Part shown: piece by piece, positions 1-9,701 of the stretch
Position numbering within the stretch: position 1 is the stretch's first letter
Layout: each line of letters starts with the position of its first letter
Assembly (NCBI GenBank): GCA_031414595.1
Contig: JANNVX010000102.1
Span: forward strand, 1-47,416
Reading direction: 5' to 3'
Length of the DNA stretch: 47,416 bases
Origin: Deinococcales bacterium
GTDB taxonomy: Bacteria > Deinococcota > Deinococci > Deinococcales > JAAFIG01
Translations under genes and position numbers: made by a program
The notes under the pieces: generated by a model
What the model was told of the DNA's origin: nothing
The model's database searches: none
Seen by the model: only the letters and a program-made list of their open reading frames with translations

Positions 1-224
1 TGAGGAATGGTTTTCTGCCTGCTCCAATAGCTCGCTTTCGTTTTTGTCCTGCAAGTGTTTTATTGTTTGGCAGACTCGCTGTAAACGCTTCTTGAAAGTA
101 TGGAAGTAAGGCTTGGAATTCTTTTTTGGTTAGTCCAGTCAAGGCTAAGAAGCGAGTTTTATTCTTGACGAGTTTGTCGTAATGCAGCACTCGAATAGTT
201 TATCCTAATTTCCGATAACGTCTA
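1..224 (-). mobile_element. Left end of an IS5-family (ISL2-like) insertion sequence, truncated by the window edge
   Basis: A minus-strand transposase N-terminus starts at 190. It is preceded by a terminal-IR-like sequence TAGACGTTATCGGAAATTAG (224-205). Beyond 224 the sequence reads as the interior of a BTAD regulator. Confidence 0.7.
2..190 (-). CDS. Transposase N-terminal HTH region (HTH_Tnp_4/DDE_Tnp_4 type), partial
   Basis: Hand translation from GTG 190: MLHYDKLVKNKTRFLALTGLTKKEFQALLPYFQEAF...KRKRAIGAGRKPFL. The FxxLTGLxxxEF and RxRxxGAGRKxxL motifs are typical of this family. Not in the ORF track. Confidence 0.75.
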   Translation of the reverse strand, partial: MLHYDKLVKNKTRFLALTGLTKKEFQALLPYFQEAFTASLPNNKTLAGQKRKRAIGAGRKPFL

Positions 225-922
225 TTGATTTAGGAAACGCCAACTTATTACCCTCAGAAAACCTTTCCAGCGCCCCAACCTTTATTTTTAATGTTCTTGG
301 TTCAATTCAAATTATTCAAAATGGCATAGAAATCCGTTACCGTGCCAAAAAACGTCTCGAGATACTGATTTACTTGCTCGAGGCTCGAGCCGCCGAACAA
401 TCCGAAAGTAATCATTTAGACTTGCTCGATGCGCTTTACCCAGAATTAACCGAAGCCGAAGGCAAAAATGCCTTAAAACAAAGTGTTTACATCCTGCGAG
501 AAAAATTCGGTTCAGACTGCATTATCAGCACTGCCAGAGGTTACAGACTAGGGGCTGCCAAAAGCGATCTTGACGAACTTTTTACCCAGCCCAACAGCAA
601 ACTCTGGCGTGGCACGTATTTACAAGGCATGGGACAAAGTTATTTTGGAATTGTCCGTGGTGCATTGCTGCAACAACTCCTGAGTGCTGCTTTGAACTCC
701 TTGAACACTGACCCAATAGAAACCATTCGATTATGCCAAATTCTGCTCGAGATGGAACCCTATGACCAAGATGCTTTAGCCCTTTTGTTACAAGCCTCAA
801 CCCACCAGCCACACATTGCCAAAAGCACGTATCAAACCATTCGGCAACGTTACCTCGAGATTGGCGAGGAATTACCACTGGATATGAAAACTTTTATGAC
901 CGAACAGCGTGTTTTGAATTAA
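225..922 (+). pseudogene. 3' remnant of a SARP/BTAD-domain transcriptional regulator, interrupted by the IS
   Basis: The frame is open from ~209 with no proper start: FNVLGSIQI...LEILIYLLEAR, LLDALYPE, LKQSVYILRE, LLEMEPYDQDALALLLQA (wHTH + BTAD). Confidence 0.7.
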
Positions 923-923
923 T

Positions 924-1445
924 TCATGGCAAGCGCGAAAAAATCACTTTCGCAGCAGCTTTAGCCACCTCGAGCGAATTCTTATTTTTTTGATAAACCG
1001 TGATGAAAACACCAATGTTTTTCTTAGTAAATCCAAGGATCGTGGTTGGGAAACGGGTCATTACTTCCACCGTAAAAGCCCCAGCGCTAGGGCTGTCCAG
1101 TGGCACAATTTTCACGTTCGGCATTGAAAATTTCATGATTTCTTGTCGGGCTTTGGCTTGTTCCAAAGCGATTTTGGCTGATTCAAAAGCAACCACCTCG
1201 AGATTCAAACCAATATTTTGTGACATATAGGCGCAGTTACTCGAGGGGGTAGTACCAGTCACTTGGTTGCTACCAGGTTTCGTGATTGGGGCTTTATCAG
1301 ATTTTTCTTGTGGGCTTAAACCAGTCCCCAACCAAGCGGTGACTTCTTTGACAGTTAGTAACGTACAGGCTTTTGGCAATACAGGTTCGGCATAAGCAAG
1401 CGTTAAGAACACAAAACTACTGGCTAAAAGTTGTATTTTTTTCAT
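924..1445 (-). CDS. Secreted hypothetical protein
   Basis: ATG 1445 follows RBS GAGGAG. Signal peptide MKKIQLLASSFVFLTLAYA; ACTLLT...NCAY cysteine pair. Confidence 0.75.
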   Translation of the reverse strand: MKKIQLLASSFVFLTLAYAEPVLPKACTLLTVKEVTAWLGTGLSPQEKSDKAPITKPGSNQVTGTTPSSNCAYMSQNIGLNLEVVAFESAKIALEQAKARQEIMKFSMPNVKIVPLDSPSAGAFTVEVMTRFPTTILGFTKKNIGVFITVYQKNKNSLEVAKAAAKVIFSRLP

Positions 1446-2253
1446 GGCGGTCTCCTCTTCGAGCAATAATAATTAAACGTGGGCTGCTGAGTACAAACCT
1501 TCCACCGTCGGGACTAGAGACGATTTGTTCGACAATAAATCCGTTGGCTACAAGCATGGTTTTTAATTCGTTTAAGGTGTATAAGCGTACCGCAAAAGTA
1601 TCAGTTTGCAGTGTTTTTCCAAGCCTGCAAATTTTTTTGCTTCCGTGCATTTCGCCTTTTTCAAGGTCAAACCCCGAGGTGGTGATGGTGTACAAATCTG
1701 TGTGTAGTAAACGATTTTTTACTAAACTTAACTGGCGTTTAAGGCTTTTCCAACGACCATAAAACCAGTGCTGCTCGAGCAGTTTTTCTAATACTTTGGC
1801 ATCGCGGTTATAAACCTCAAGTAAGAAATATCCATTTGGTTGCAATGCCTTATAAACCCCTTGCAGGATTGTATTGTGGGTGGTGTCATCCCAGTAAAAC
1901 ATCGAATTGTACAAGTTATAAATAGCCTTAAACTGCTGGTTAAACTCGAGGGTTCGCATATCGCCTTTTGTAAACTCGAGGGCTAACGAACGGCTTTTAG
2001 CTTCGGCTCGAGCGTGGTCTAGGGCTGCTTCGGAGTAGTCCAGTCCTGTCACATTTGTAAATCCACGCTTTGCCAACTCGAGGGCGTGCCGCCCATGCCC
2101 ACAAGCCAAATCAAGAATGGTATCTGAGGTTTTTAAGTCCAGTAAACGCAGTAGTAAATCAGACTGGCTACTTGTACTTTGACGTGAATGCCGTAACCCT
2201 TCGGCATTCACGTAGGCTTGGTTAAATAGCTTTTCAGTCCAACTGGTTGTCAT
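1417..2253 (-). CDS. Class I SAM-dependent methyltransferase
   Basis: Motif I ILDLACGHGRH, plus GLDYS, GDMR, LQPNGYFLLE. The true start is ATG 2253 (TAATG overlap with the upstream peptide). Confidence 0.9.
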   Translation of the reverse strand: MTTSWTEKLFNQAYVNAEGLRHSRQSTSSQSDLLLRLLDLKTSDTILDLACGHGRHALELAKRGFTNVTGLDYSEAALDHARAEAKSRSLALEFTKGDMRTLEFNQQFKAIYNLYNSMFYWDDTTHNTILQGVYKALQPNGYFLLEVYNRDAKVLEKLLEQHWFYGRWKSLKRQLSLVKNRLLHTDLYTITTSGFDLEKGEMHGSKKICRLGKTLQTDTFAVRLYTLNELKTMLVANGFIVEQIVSSPDGGRFVLSSPRLIIIARRGDRHEKNTTFSQ

Positions 2254-2390
2254 TAGATACTCAGTCCTGTGACCAGCACATACTGTTCTTGAGGCTCGAG
2301 ATGCGGCGGAGTGTAGGGTTCTTGTTGTTGCGGCAATGTATCTACTTGGGATTCTGGGAGCAATAAATCTGCCGTGGGTTCTGATGGCAT
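2253..2390 (-). CDS. 45-aa peptide with YxxPxL...TG motif (RiPP-precursor-like)
   Basis: MPSEPTADLLLPESQVDTLPQQQEPYTPPHLEPQEQYVLVTGLSI*. TAATG stop/start overlaps at both ends. Below the ORF-track cutoff. Confidence 0.7.
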   Translation of the reverse strand: MPSEPTADLLLPESQVDTLPQQQEPYTPPHLEPQEQYVLVTGLSI

Positions 2391-2581
2391 TACAAGCCAC
2401 CTCCGTCGTAACAACCTCGTTCGTCTAATGCCCTAAACATCGCATCAGCCATCCAGACGAGTCCAGCTTTGTATAGTCGAACAGCCAATGCGTTTGCTCC
2501 ATCACAGTCCATTGGTTTGGCTTGGGCTTGACCGAGGAACATCATGCAGACACAACCTAAAATCAATAACTTCTTTTTCAT
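2390..2581 (-). CDS. 63-aa secreted peptide with two mature-region cysteines
   Basis: RBS AAGGAG before ATG 2581. Signal peptide ends AQA. Mature KPMDC...RGCYDGGGL. Confidence 0.75.
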   Translation of the reverse strand: MKKKLLILGCVCMMFLGQAQAKPMDCDGANALAVRLYKAGLVWMADAMFRALDERGCYDGGGL

Positions 2582-2652
2582 AAATCTCCTTTGTGACTCG
2601 AGAAGGCGAATACCAAGTGACCGATTCAAATACCAGAGTTGAAAATATGGAT

Positions 2653-4884
2653 TCAAATACCAGAGTTATCAATCAGAAATTTTTGTAAGACAAAGCCATA
2701 CGGCACAGTAGAACTCTCGAGTTTCCCCGCCATTAAAATGTCAGCGCCGCTAAATACAGCCACCACCATTTGTTCGTACCCGCCGTATAAATGAGGCAGT
2801 AATTTCTTACCTGTACCGTTAAAGGTTGTGTCTAAAACACCAGTATTGGTGAATTTAGCAATTGCAAAACTGCTTTGATTATTGGGACTAATATAAGCGG
2901 TCGCTAGAACATAAATTTGGTTATTAATTAGGATTACACCACTGGCTGTATCTTCTCGATTTGCTGCGATTAAACCTAGGTCTTCGAGGTGAATACCATC
3001 GCTCGAGAAAGTTGTATCTGGAATGCCAAAAAGATTTAATCTAACAATGGCAATGTTTTGATGAGGATTAGAAGGATTGCTATTATCCAAAACACTGCCA
3101 ACAGCGATTATTTTCCCGACATTCGCGCCATCGTCATTGGGATAAGCCTTCAAGTCATTCATGACTGGGTTTGTTCCCATGGTCACGCTGGCGATACCAT
3201 TTGTGCCAAAGAAGGTATTGATTGAACCATTGTTATTTAAGTGAGTGAAGACAAAACTATTACTTGATGCCCCAGCCACGGCAATTCTATTTGGGTTACT
3301 GCCGGGGTCGTTAATCATTTCAGTACAAACACTCGAGGCGGGTAAGGCAACTTTGCCATCAATATCAAATGTCGTATCGAAAGCACCTGTAGTGGTGAAT
3401 CGAGCCACACTGCAAATACCACCTGTGGTACTCGAGACCACGATTTTACCAGCATCATCTAAGGTCATGGCTCGAGCGATGTTCGAACCCCCTGCGTCCC
3501 AAATGCGAAGACCTGTGCTGTTAAAACTGGTATCCAAAGCACCACTTGGCAGTAGTCGCGCCACACCCAAATTAAAATCAACACCAGCGTAGACAATAAT
3601 ATTTCCATTGCCATCAGTGCGGATTGCCCTTGGGGTATCATCACCACCAAAATCGAGAATGTATGGGAAAGGTGAGTTGTTCAAATTATAATTTTGACCA
3701 TTGGCATTGACCGCCCAAATGACGGCATTGCGGTTTGGGCTACTGCCAATGCTGCCTAGCACATAGGTAATACCATCAAAAGTAGCTACATCTACTGGTA
3801 TGGCTGGAATACTAAATTGTTCTGAACGTTGCCCCGAAGCCCCAAAGTTACAATTCAATTGGTTTAGTTCTGCAAACCACGGGCTGCTCGAGATACCTCG
3901 AGTTGTCGAGTAATACTTTTTGTTACTACCATCATCAGTAATACGAATACCACAACGTGGTTCAGCAAAACGATAACGGTGCAATTTTGTGCCATCTAGT
4001 GTGCGAATTGGATGATCTGGATTATTTTGAACTGACTGCACAGGTACATAATCATCTTTTTGCTCACTTGGGCTTTGTGAGACAATGCCTTTAGAATCAT
4101 TGACTACCAAGTAATAAATACTGAAAGCAAATGGGTTAGCACTGCGAGGATTGATTTTTGGCAATTGATACGCCAAAGAAATATCAGCACTCGAGCCAGG
4201 AGGTAAAAGCCGAGCGCTTAAATCAGTCGGGTAATTGGTTGCCACAAAACCGTACTCGAGGGGCTGCACCAGCAACGGCGGTATAAAAGCAGCAGCTTGA
4301 GTTTTTAGTGTAACTGTTTCGCTTTGTTCGATAATTTGAAAACTGCGATAACGTTGTTCTATCGGGACAGGTATGAGGTCTTGAATCGCCACAGGAACAT
4401 CTGGAATGATTCGGTGCAGCACATTCGGGTCTGTGACCGCCGTACCATCACCGCGTTGCACCACACTAAAACCCGTACCAGCCACGGTTGTACCGGGTAC
4501 GGCTGTCGCCACCAGTGTTAGGTTATCAAAAGTAAGACTGGTGTTATTAGTCACCTTAAAAATGGCGGTGATGCTGCGTTTTGCTCCTGTGGTCGTAATG
4601 TCCGAAGTCGCTGCCGAATCGTTAGAGTCGGTGAATTGCACAATTTTACGGTCAAACACAAGGTTGGGATTGGTGTAATACGGATATGCTGTCAAGGCTT
4701 GCGTGCCAAGTTGCCCAGAAGGTCTTCTAGGGTCAACAAAATTTGCCGAAGCTCGAGCGGGAACTCCATCGCCGCCTTCGATTCGTACCTCGAGTAAACC
4801 CAAGACGCTATTAACGGGTTTGGGTTGGGTTGAACAAGCCACGATGCCAAAAGCAATCAGTCCGCACATCAGTATTCTTTTCAT
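2653..4884 (-). CDS. Lipoprotein with C-terminal delta-60-type beta-propeller repeats
   Basis: Lipobox IVAC; five repeats of the form RxxxxGxLDxxFxxxG (SGALDTSFNSTG, TGAFDTTFDIDG, NGSINTFFGTNG, FGIPDTTFSSDG, TGVLDTTFNGTG). Confidence 0.85.
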   Translation of the reverse strand: MKRILMCGLIAFGIVACSTQPKPVNSVLGLLEVRIEGGDGVPARASANFVDPRRPSGQLGTQALTAYPYYTNPNLVFDRKIVQFTDSNDSAATSDITTTGAKRSITAIFKVTNNTSLTFDNLTLVATAVPGTTVAGTGFSVVQRGDGTAVTDPNVLHRIIPDVPVAIQDLIPVPIEQRYRSFQIIEQSETVTLKTQAAAFIPPLLVQPLEYGFVATNYPTDLSARLLPPGSSADISLAYQLPKINPRSANPFAFSIYYLVVNDSKGIVSQSPSEQKDDYVPVQSVQNNPDHPIRTLDGTKLHRYRFAEPRCGIRITDDGSNKKYYSTTRGISSSPWFAELNQLNCNFGASGQRSEQFSIPAIPVDVATFDGITYVLGSIGSSPNRNAVIWAVNANGQNYNLNNSPFPYILDFGGDDTPRAIRTDGNGNIIVYAGVDFNLGVARLLPSGALDTSFNSTGLRIWDAGGSNIARAMTLDDAGKIVVSSTTGGICSVARFTTTGAFDTTFDIDGKVALPASSVCTEMINDPGSNPNRIAVAGASSNSFVFTHLNNNGSINTFFGTNGIASVTMGTNPVMNDLKAYPNDDGANVGKIIAVGSVLDNSNPSNPHQNIAIVRLNLFGIPDTTFSSDGIHLEDLGLIAANREDTASGVILINNQIYVLATAYISPNNQSSFAIAKFTNTGVLDTTFNGTGKKLLPHLYGGYEQMVVAVFSGADILMAGKLESSTVPYGFVLQKFLIDNSGI

Positions 4885-4928
4885 GAATACCAGTTTGAAG
4901 ATTGGGTGGTCACACTTTAGTTATTGTT

Positions 4929-5693
4929 TTACTCGAGCCATGGCAGAATCTCGAGTAGATTTTTACACTCGAGGTCAGCGCTCACAGTTTTTGGTTTGAA
5001 GCCACGGTCAAGCCAGACCGTTTTCATACCCGCATTGATTCCGCCTTGAACATCTCGGTCTGCATTATCGCCAACCATGACGCATTCGTCTAAACTGACC
5101 TCGAGTTCGTTGGCAACCCATTCAAAAATACCTTTTTCGGGTTTACCAATGCCGACTTCGCCACTTATCGCCACTGCATCAAACCAAGTCTCGAGTCCGC
5201 AACCATGCCATTTTTTGCGTTGCAACCCAGCAATTCCGTTGGTGACAATGCCAAGTTTGTACTGACCGTATAAGCTCGAGAACAATTCATCGGCATCGGG
5301 ATAAAGCGGGTATCTCGAGCGCAAGGCTGTCCAACGTTCAGAAAGTTCTACCGCATCGGCATCTAGGTCGGTTTCCTCGAGTGCCTCTGCCCAACACATG
5401 ACTTTGATTTCAGACATGGCTTTTTCTAATAACCGCTCTGGCTCGAGACTTGGGTTGTATGAAGCCCATAAACCCTCGAGCGCACCATGCCCAATGCGTT
5501 TGGCGTACTCGAGGGCAAGCGGCGGAATGGTTGTCCAGAGGCGTTTGGCGTGGCTTTCGGCGGCAAGAGCCAGCGCAGAGGCTTGCGCTTTGTCTCGAGT
5601 GACAGTTTGCGCCGTAATATAAAAAGCATGAAGCACCACAGGCTCATCTAAAATCAGGGTTTCGTCGAGGTCAAATAAAATCGCTTTAATCAC
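4929..5693 (-). CDS. HAD-superfamily hydrolase
   Basis: FDLDETL, IVTNG, GKP and MVGDNADRDV motifs. Confidence 0.92.
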   Translation of the reverse strand: MIKAILFDLDETLILDEPVVLHAFYITAQTVTRDKAQASALALAAESHAKRLWTTIPPLALEYAKRIGHGALEGLWASYNPSLEPERLLEKAMSEIKVMCWAEALEETDLDADAVELSERWTALRSRYPLYPDADELFSSLYGQYKLGIVTNGIAGLQRKKWHGCGLETWFDAVAISGEVGIGKPEKGIFEWVANELEVSLDECVMVGDNADRDVQGGINAGMKTVWLDRGFKPKTVSADLECKNLLEILPWLE

Positions 5694-5702
5694 AAATTCA
5701 TT

Positions 5703-5915
5703 CTATCGCCCAGAACTAAAAAGTACATTAAGCAAGAAAAACACCGCCACAATTCCACCAATCACCAGTAATACATGAGGCAAAATAATACTATAGGCGG
5801 CTAAAGTCAGTGCCAAAAAGTCCTTCATGTCTGCTTTTAAGGGCGGGACATCATCGGCTGTTTCGGTAATTGGTGAATCGTTACGGTACACACCTTGGGG
5901 CAGGTTGTCTTTCAT
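5703..5915 (-). CDS. Small membrane protein
   Basis: 70 aa with a hydrophobic C-terminal half; packed co-directionally between its neighbours. Confidence 0.65.
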   Translation of the reverse strand: MKDNLPQGVYRNDSPITETADDVPPLKADMKDFLALTLAAYSIILPHVLLVIGGIVAVFFLLNVLFSSGR

Positions 5916-5924
5916 AAATAAACT

Positions 5925-6335
5925 CTACACTGTCTCGAGGGCAATTTGATGACTTGAATCATGATTCACTGCAACTGCGCTCAAAACAGTCCAACCATTT
6001 CCAAGTTTTTCTTGCAATGTGCTGGTTAATTCTCGAGCCAATTTGTCATTTGGGAACTCAGTCCAATCCAGCATACACAAAAACAACAAACCATCTTTAA
6101 CGCGTTCAATTTTGCCAGTGAAACCCCAGCCAACAATTGGTTTATTAAAATACTGAAATTTGACCTCTTGAACCGACAAACCAAACACCGCCGAATATAA
6201 AGACACCGAATACGGCAAAAATAAGTATTGTCCAAAAATTCGCCAAGGATGGTGAAGTGGCATCCAAACAAACCTTGCTTTTCGCAAAACTTGTATTTTC
6301 AAATAAGGCGGAAATCGCATCTCTTTAGATTCCAT
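5925..6335 (-). CDS. Hypothetical protein
   Basis: The ORF fills the gap; a -10-like TAGAGT 7 nt before ATG 6335 supports this start. Confidence 0.6.
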   Translation of the reverse strand: MESKEMRFPPYLKIQVLRKARFVWMPLHHPWRIFGQYLFLPYSVSLYSAVFGLSVQEVKFQYFNKPIVGWGFTGKIERVKDGLLFLCMLDWTEFPNDKLARELTSTLQEKLGNGWTVLSAVAVNHDSSHQIALETV

Positions 6336-6376
6336 CCGTGACACTCTACCCGCAAGTTCCCTAGTAAACTGTAATC

Positions 6377-7609
6377 ATGTTTGAGATTAAACGCCGTAAA
6401 ACCGTTGCCGTGAACATTGGCGGAATTCTAATGGGCAGTGACCATCCGATTGTGGTGCAGAGCATGACCAACACCGATACCGCCGATGCGATAAAAACCG
6501 CTTCGCAAGTGATTGAACTGGCGGCGGCTGGCTCGGAGATTGTGCGTATAACGGTTAATAACAAAGAGTCCGCCGCCAAAGTTCCCGAGATTAAAGAGCG
6601 TATCGAAGATGCTGGCTATCCTGTGCCTTTGGTGGGCGATTTTCATTACAACGGGCATATTTTGCTGCGCGAATACCCAGAAACGGCTCAAGCGCTTGCC
6701 AAGTACCGAATTAACCCCGGTAATGTCGGTGTCGGCAAAAAACACGATGATAACTTTAGAACCATGATTGAGGTGGCTAAAGAATTTGACCGACCAGTGC
6801 GAATTGGGGTCAATTGGGGCAGCCTAGACCAAGCAATGGTGATTCGGATGATGGATGAAAACACCAAAAATGGTGGTGTCTTAAGTGCCGAAGCAATCAT
6901 GATTAACGCCATGCTTGAGAGCGCCATCTCGAGTGCTGAAATGGCACAGAATTACGGACTGAGCAAAGACAAAATTATCATCAGTACCAAAATTTCCAAT
7001 GCCCCGATGCTTTGGAATGTCTACACCCGTTTGTCTGAGGCTAGTGATTATGCACTGCATCTTGGTTTGACCGAAGCTGGCATGGGAACAAAAGGCATTG
7101 CTGCCTCGAGTGCCGCCCTCGCGCCGTTATTGGCTCAAGGCATTGGCGATACCATTCGGGTTAGTTTAACCCCAGAACCCGGTGCAGCCCGCAAACTCGA
7201 GGTTGAAGTTGCTAAACAGATTTTACAAGCCATAGGCGCACGGTTTTTTAGTCCGCAAGTCACAGCTTGTCCCGGGTGCGGACGCACCACCAGTAGTTTG
7301 TTTCAAGAACTCGCCCAAGATATTCAAGCCAGTTTAGATAACAACATGAACACATGGAAAAAAACCCATCCCGGTGTCGAAAACATGACCGTCGCTGTGA
7401 TGGGTTGTGTGGTCAATGGACCTGGCGAATCTAAACACGCCAACATTGGCATTAGTTTACCCGGTACTGGCGAAGAACCAAAAGCTCCTGTCTACCGCGA
7501 TGGGGCGTTGGTCACGACCTTAAAGGGCGCACACATCGCCGAGGAATTTATGGGCATGGTGGCAGAATACGTCGAGAATCGGTACGGGAAGTCGGCGGCT
7601 CGAGGATAG
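6377..7609 (+). CDS. ispG: (E)-4-hydroxy-3-methylbut-2-enyl-diphosphate synthase
   Basis: [46 protein letters not shown]. Confidence 0.97.
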   Translation: MFEIKRRKTVAVNIGGILMGSDHPIVVQSMTNTDTADAIKTASQVIELAAAGSEIVRITVNNKESAAKVPEIKERIEDAGYPVPLVGDFHYNGHILLREYPETAQALAKYRINPGNVGVGKKHDDNFRTMIEVAKEFDRPVRIGVNWGSLDQAMVIRMMDENTKNGGVLSAEAIMINAMLESAISSAEMAQNYGLSKDKIIISTKISNAPMLWNVYTRLSEASDYALHLGLTEAGMGTKGIAASSAALAPLLAQGIGDTIRVSLTPEPGAARKLEVEVAKQILQAIGARFFSPQVTACPGCGRTTSSLFQELAQDIQASLDNNMNTWKKTHPGVENMTVAVMGCVVNGPGESKHANIGISLPGTGEEPKAPVYRDGALVTTLKGAHIAEEFMGMVAEYVENRYGKSAARG

Positions 7610-7641
7610 ACAAAACTAGGTGTCAAGGCTATACTTTAAGC

Positions 7642-7857
7642 ATGAAATACAACGTTATTTTGTATCCATCTGACCAAGGCTTTGCAGTCGAAGCCCCTGA
7701 TTTGGTTGGTTGTTGGTCTCAGGGTGCAACTCAAGAAGAAGCATTAGAAAACATTGGAATTGCCATTCAAGAATACTTGGAATTCACCCAAGAGCAAACA
7801 GGAAACCGTCCTGTGATTGAACCAAGTTTTATAAGGCAAATCGAAGTGGCAATCTAA
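7642..7857 (+). CDS. hicB: HicB-family antitoxin
   Basis: PDLVGCWSQGATQEEALENI. Confidence 0.9.
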   Translation: MKYNVILYPSDQGFAVEAPDLVGCWSQGATQEEALENIGIAIQEYLEFTQEQTGNRPVIEPSFIRQIEVAI

Positions 7858-7860
7858 TTT

Positions 7861-8073
7861 ATGCCCAAATTACCAGGAATTCATCATTTAGAAGCCATAC
7901 GAGCCTTTGAAAAAGCTGGTTTTTGGGTCTCGAGACAAGGAAAACATACCATCATGTACAACGGATTGATCACCCTAATCATTCCTCGCCATAATCCAAT
8001 AGATGCAATGACAATGGGTGGTTTGATTAAAGCTGCGGGTTATAAAGTTGAAGATTTTCGTCGCTTTTTATGA
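7861..8073 (+). CDS. hicA: HicA-family mRNA interferase toxin
   Basis: MPKLPG...AFEKAGF...RQGKH...IPRH; adjacent to hicB. Confidence 0.9.
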   Translation: MPKLPGIHHLEAIRAFEKAGFWVSRQGKHTIMYNGLITLIIPRHNPIDAMTMGGLIKAAGYKVEDFRRFL

Positions 8074-8774
8074 ATCTCCCACTTGGACAAAATGTAACAC
8101 TGCTTAATTCGCTCGAGACTGGTTTAATCGCCCTGCACAAACCAGATGGCATCATGTCGCATCCAAACGAGACTCGAGCCAACCCAAAAGCCTTACTGAC
8201 TTGTAACTACGACCTCGAGCATGAGCGTTATTATTGGCACGGCGGCGAGTTATTCTTGCTGCACCGCTTAGACAGCCCAACCAGTGGCGTGATTCTGGGC
8301 TGCACCGATTTTGCATTGGCTCGAGCCATCAAAAAAGCCTTTGAGGACAATACCGTACAAAAAACTTACCGCGCTCTGGTGTTTGGTAGTCCAGTCAGTA
8401 AAAAAGAAACTTGGCAAGATAGGCTCGAGAAAAACGGGACTGGCAGTGTGATTGCAAGGGGCAAACCCAACGCTTTAACCGAAACAAAACTGGTCAGTAC
8501 CACCCGACTCGAGGATGGGATTTTTTCGGAGCTTGAACTCAAACCAAAAACTGGTAAAACCCATCAACTACGGGTTCAAGCTGCGGCTCGAGGACTTCCA
8601 ATGATTGGCGATGCAACTTACGGGAATTTTGCTTGGAATAGGGCTTTTGCTCGAGTCGCAAGACAAAAACGCCTTTTTCTTCATGCCCTCGAAGTTTATG
8701 TAAAACTCGAGTGGAAAGGCAATCTGCTCGAGTTTTACGCAACTTCTGAACTACCAGCAGAATTTAACATTTAA
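8070..8774 (+). CDS. RluA-family pseudouridine synthase
   Basis: KPDG, HRLDSPTSG, TGKTHQLR, GDATYG, LFLHA. Confidence 0.93.
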   Translation: MNLPLGQNVTLLNSLETGLIALHKPDGIMSHPNETRANPKALLTCNYDLEHERYYWHGGELFLLHRLDSPTSGVILGCTDFALARAIKKAFEDNTVQKTYRALVFGSPVSKKETWQDRLEKNGTGSVIARGKPNALTETKLVSTTRLEDGIFSELELKPKTGKTHQLRVQAAARGLPMIGDATYGNFAWNRAFARVARQKRLFLHALEVYVKLEWKGNLLEFYATSELPAEFNI

Positions 8775-9121
8775 CCGAACTTTAAGCCCAATAAAAACCC
8801 AGGCACAAACGCCCCAGCAAACGGCAAGTTATTGGTCAATACGCCCATTACCCCATTTAGCGCAGTCTCGAGGGCTGGACGTTGCAAGGCGGGTTCAGCA
8901 AATTGTTGAACCCGCAACCAGTTAATTTCAATAATCCCAAGGTAAGCCAGCAATTGCAATAAAATAAAAATTGTGCCGAACACAAAAAGCGCAATTTTAC
9001 CAATTTTTTTCATCGCATAACCCGTGGCAAAACCAGCCAAACCACCAAAAGAAATTTGCCCAAGGTACGGCGCGACCGCATCGAGGATTTGAGAACCAAC
9101 TTCAGGAGTCTGACTTTGCAC
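8771..9121 (-). CDS. FUN14-family membrane protein
   Basis: GGLAGFATGYAMKKIGK...LQLLAYLGIIEINW...GFLLG. Confidence 0.85.
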   Translation of the reverse strand: MQSQTPEVGSQILDAVAPYLGQISFGGLAGFATGYAMKKIGKIALFVFGTIFILLQLLAYLGIIEINWLRVQQFAEPALQRPALETALNGVMGVLTNNLPFAGAFVPGFLLGLKFG

Positions 9122-9157
9122 CTGCGTAGTTTAGCAGCCAGCATCATGAGAGTCACC

Positions 9158-9619
9158 TCAGATAGGCAAAACCGTGCTGCGTTTTTCTTCCGAAACCGCG
9201 ATGATACTGTTGATATTCCGCACTCCCGAAATTCTGGTCAGATGCTCGAGATAAAACTTTTGGTAGGCTTCCAAATCTGCCACACAGACTTTAAGTAAAA
9301 AATCTCTATCGCCAAGAATCAGGTAACACTCGAGAACTTCGGCTCGAGAACGCATTTTTGTGGCAAAATCATCGTAAGTGCCTTTAGTTTGGCGGTCTAA
9401 CGTGACCATCACAAAAACCGTTAAACCCACACCAACTTTTTTAGCATCCAGCAGGGCTGTATAACCCAAAATGAACCCTTCTTCCTCGAGCCGCCGCACC
9501 CGCCTTAGACACGGCGCAGGCGTAAGCCCAACTTCATCGGCTAAGTCAGTATTGGCAATTCGGGCATTGCTTTGCAGCACCTCGAGAATTTTCTTATCTA
9601 TTGCATCCAAAACAGGCAT
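9158..9619 (-). CDS. Lrp/AsnC-family transcriptional regulator
   Basis: LDAIDKKILEVLQSNAR...CLRRVRRLEEEGFI; C-terminal RAM domain. Confidence 0.95.
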   Translation of the reverse strand: MPVLDAIDKKILEVLQSNARIANTDLADEVGLTPAPCLRRVRRLEEEGFILGYTALLDAKKVGVGLTVFVMVTLDRQTKGTYDDFATKMRSRAEVLECYLILGDRDFLLKVCVADLEAYQKFYLEHLTRISGVRNINSIIAVSEEKRSTVLPI

Positions 9620-9701
9620 GGTTTGAGCTTAAACAAAAAACGTGTTAAATCGCAAGTCGTACAAAGCCGCATAAGGACTATACTTTAACCGGAGGTACAA
9701 C

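Noticed and set aside
2254-2400. N-terminal extension of the methyltransferase in the ORF track (1417..2400)
   Set aside because: The region is better explained by a separate 45-aa ORF in another frame, with TAATG coupling on both sides.
924-4884. Complete lasso-peptide biosynthetic cluster
   Set aside because: There is no asparagine-synthetase-like cyclase, B2 peptidase or RRE in the window, and the putative core is too short for a lasso ring.
6037-6927. 600-900 bp CTCGAG-free gaps (also ~21390-22105 and ~42200-42825) as evidence of foreign DNA
   Set aside because: At ~6 sites/kb a few gaps this long are expected by chance, and this one covers core ispG. Only the 2.1 kb gap is convincing alone.
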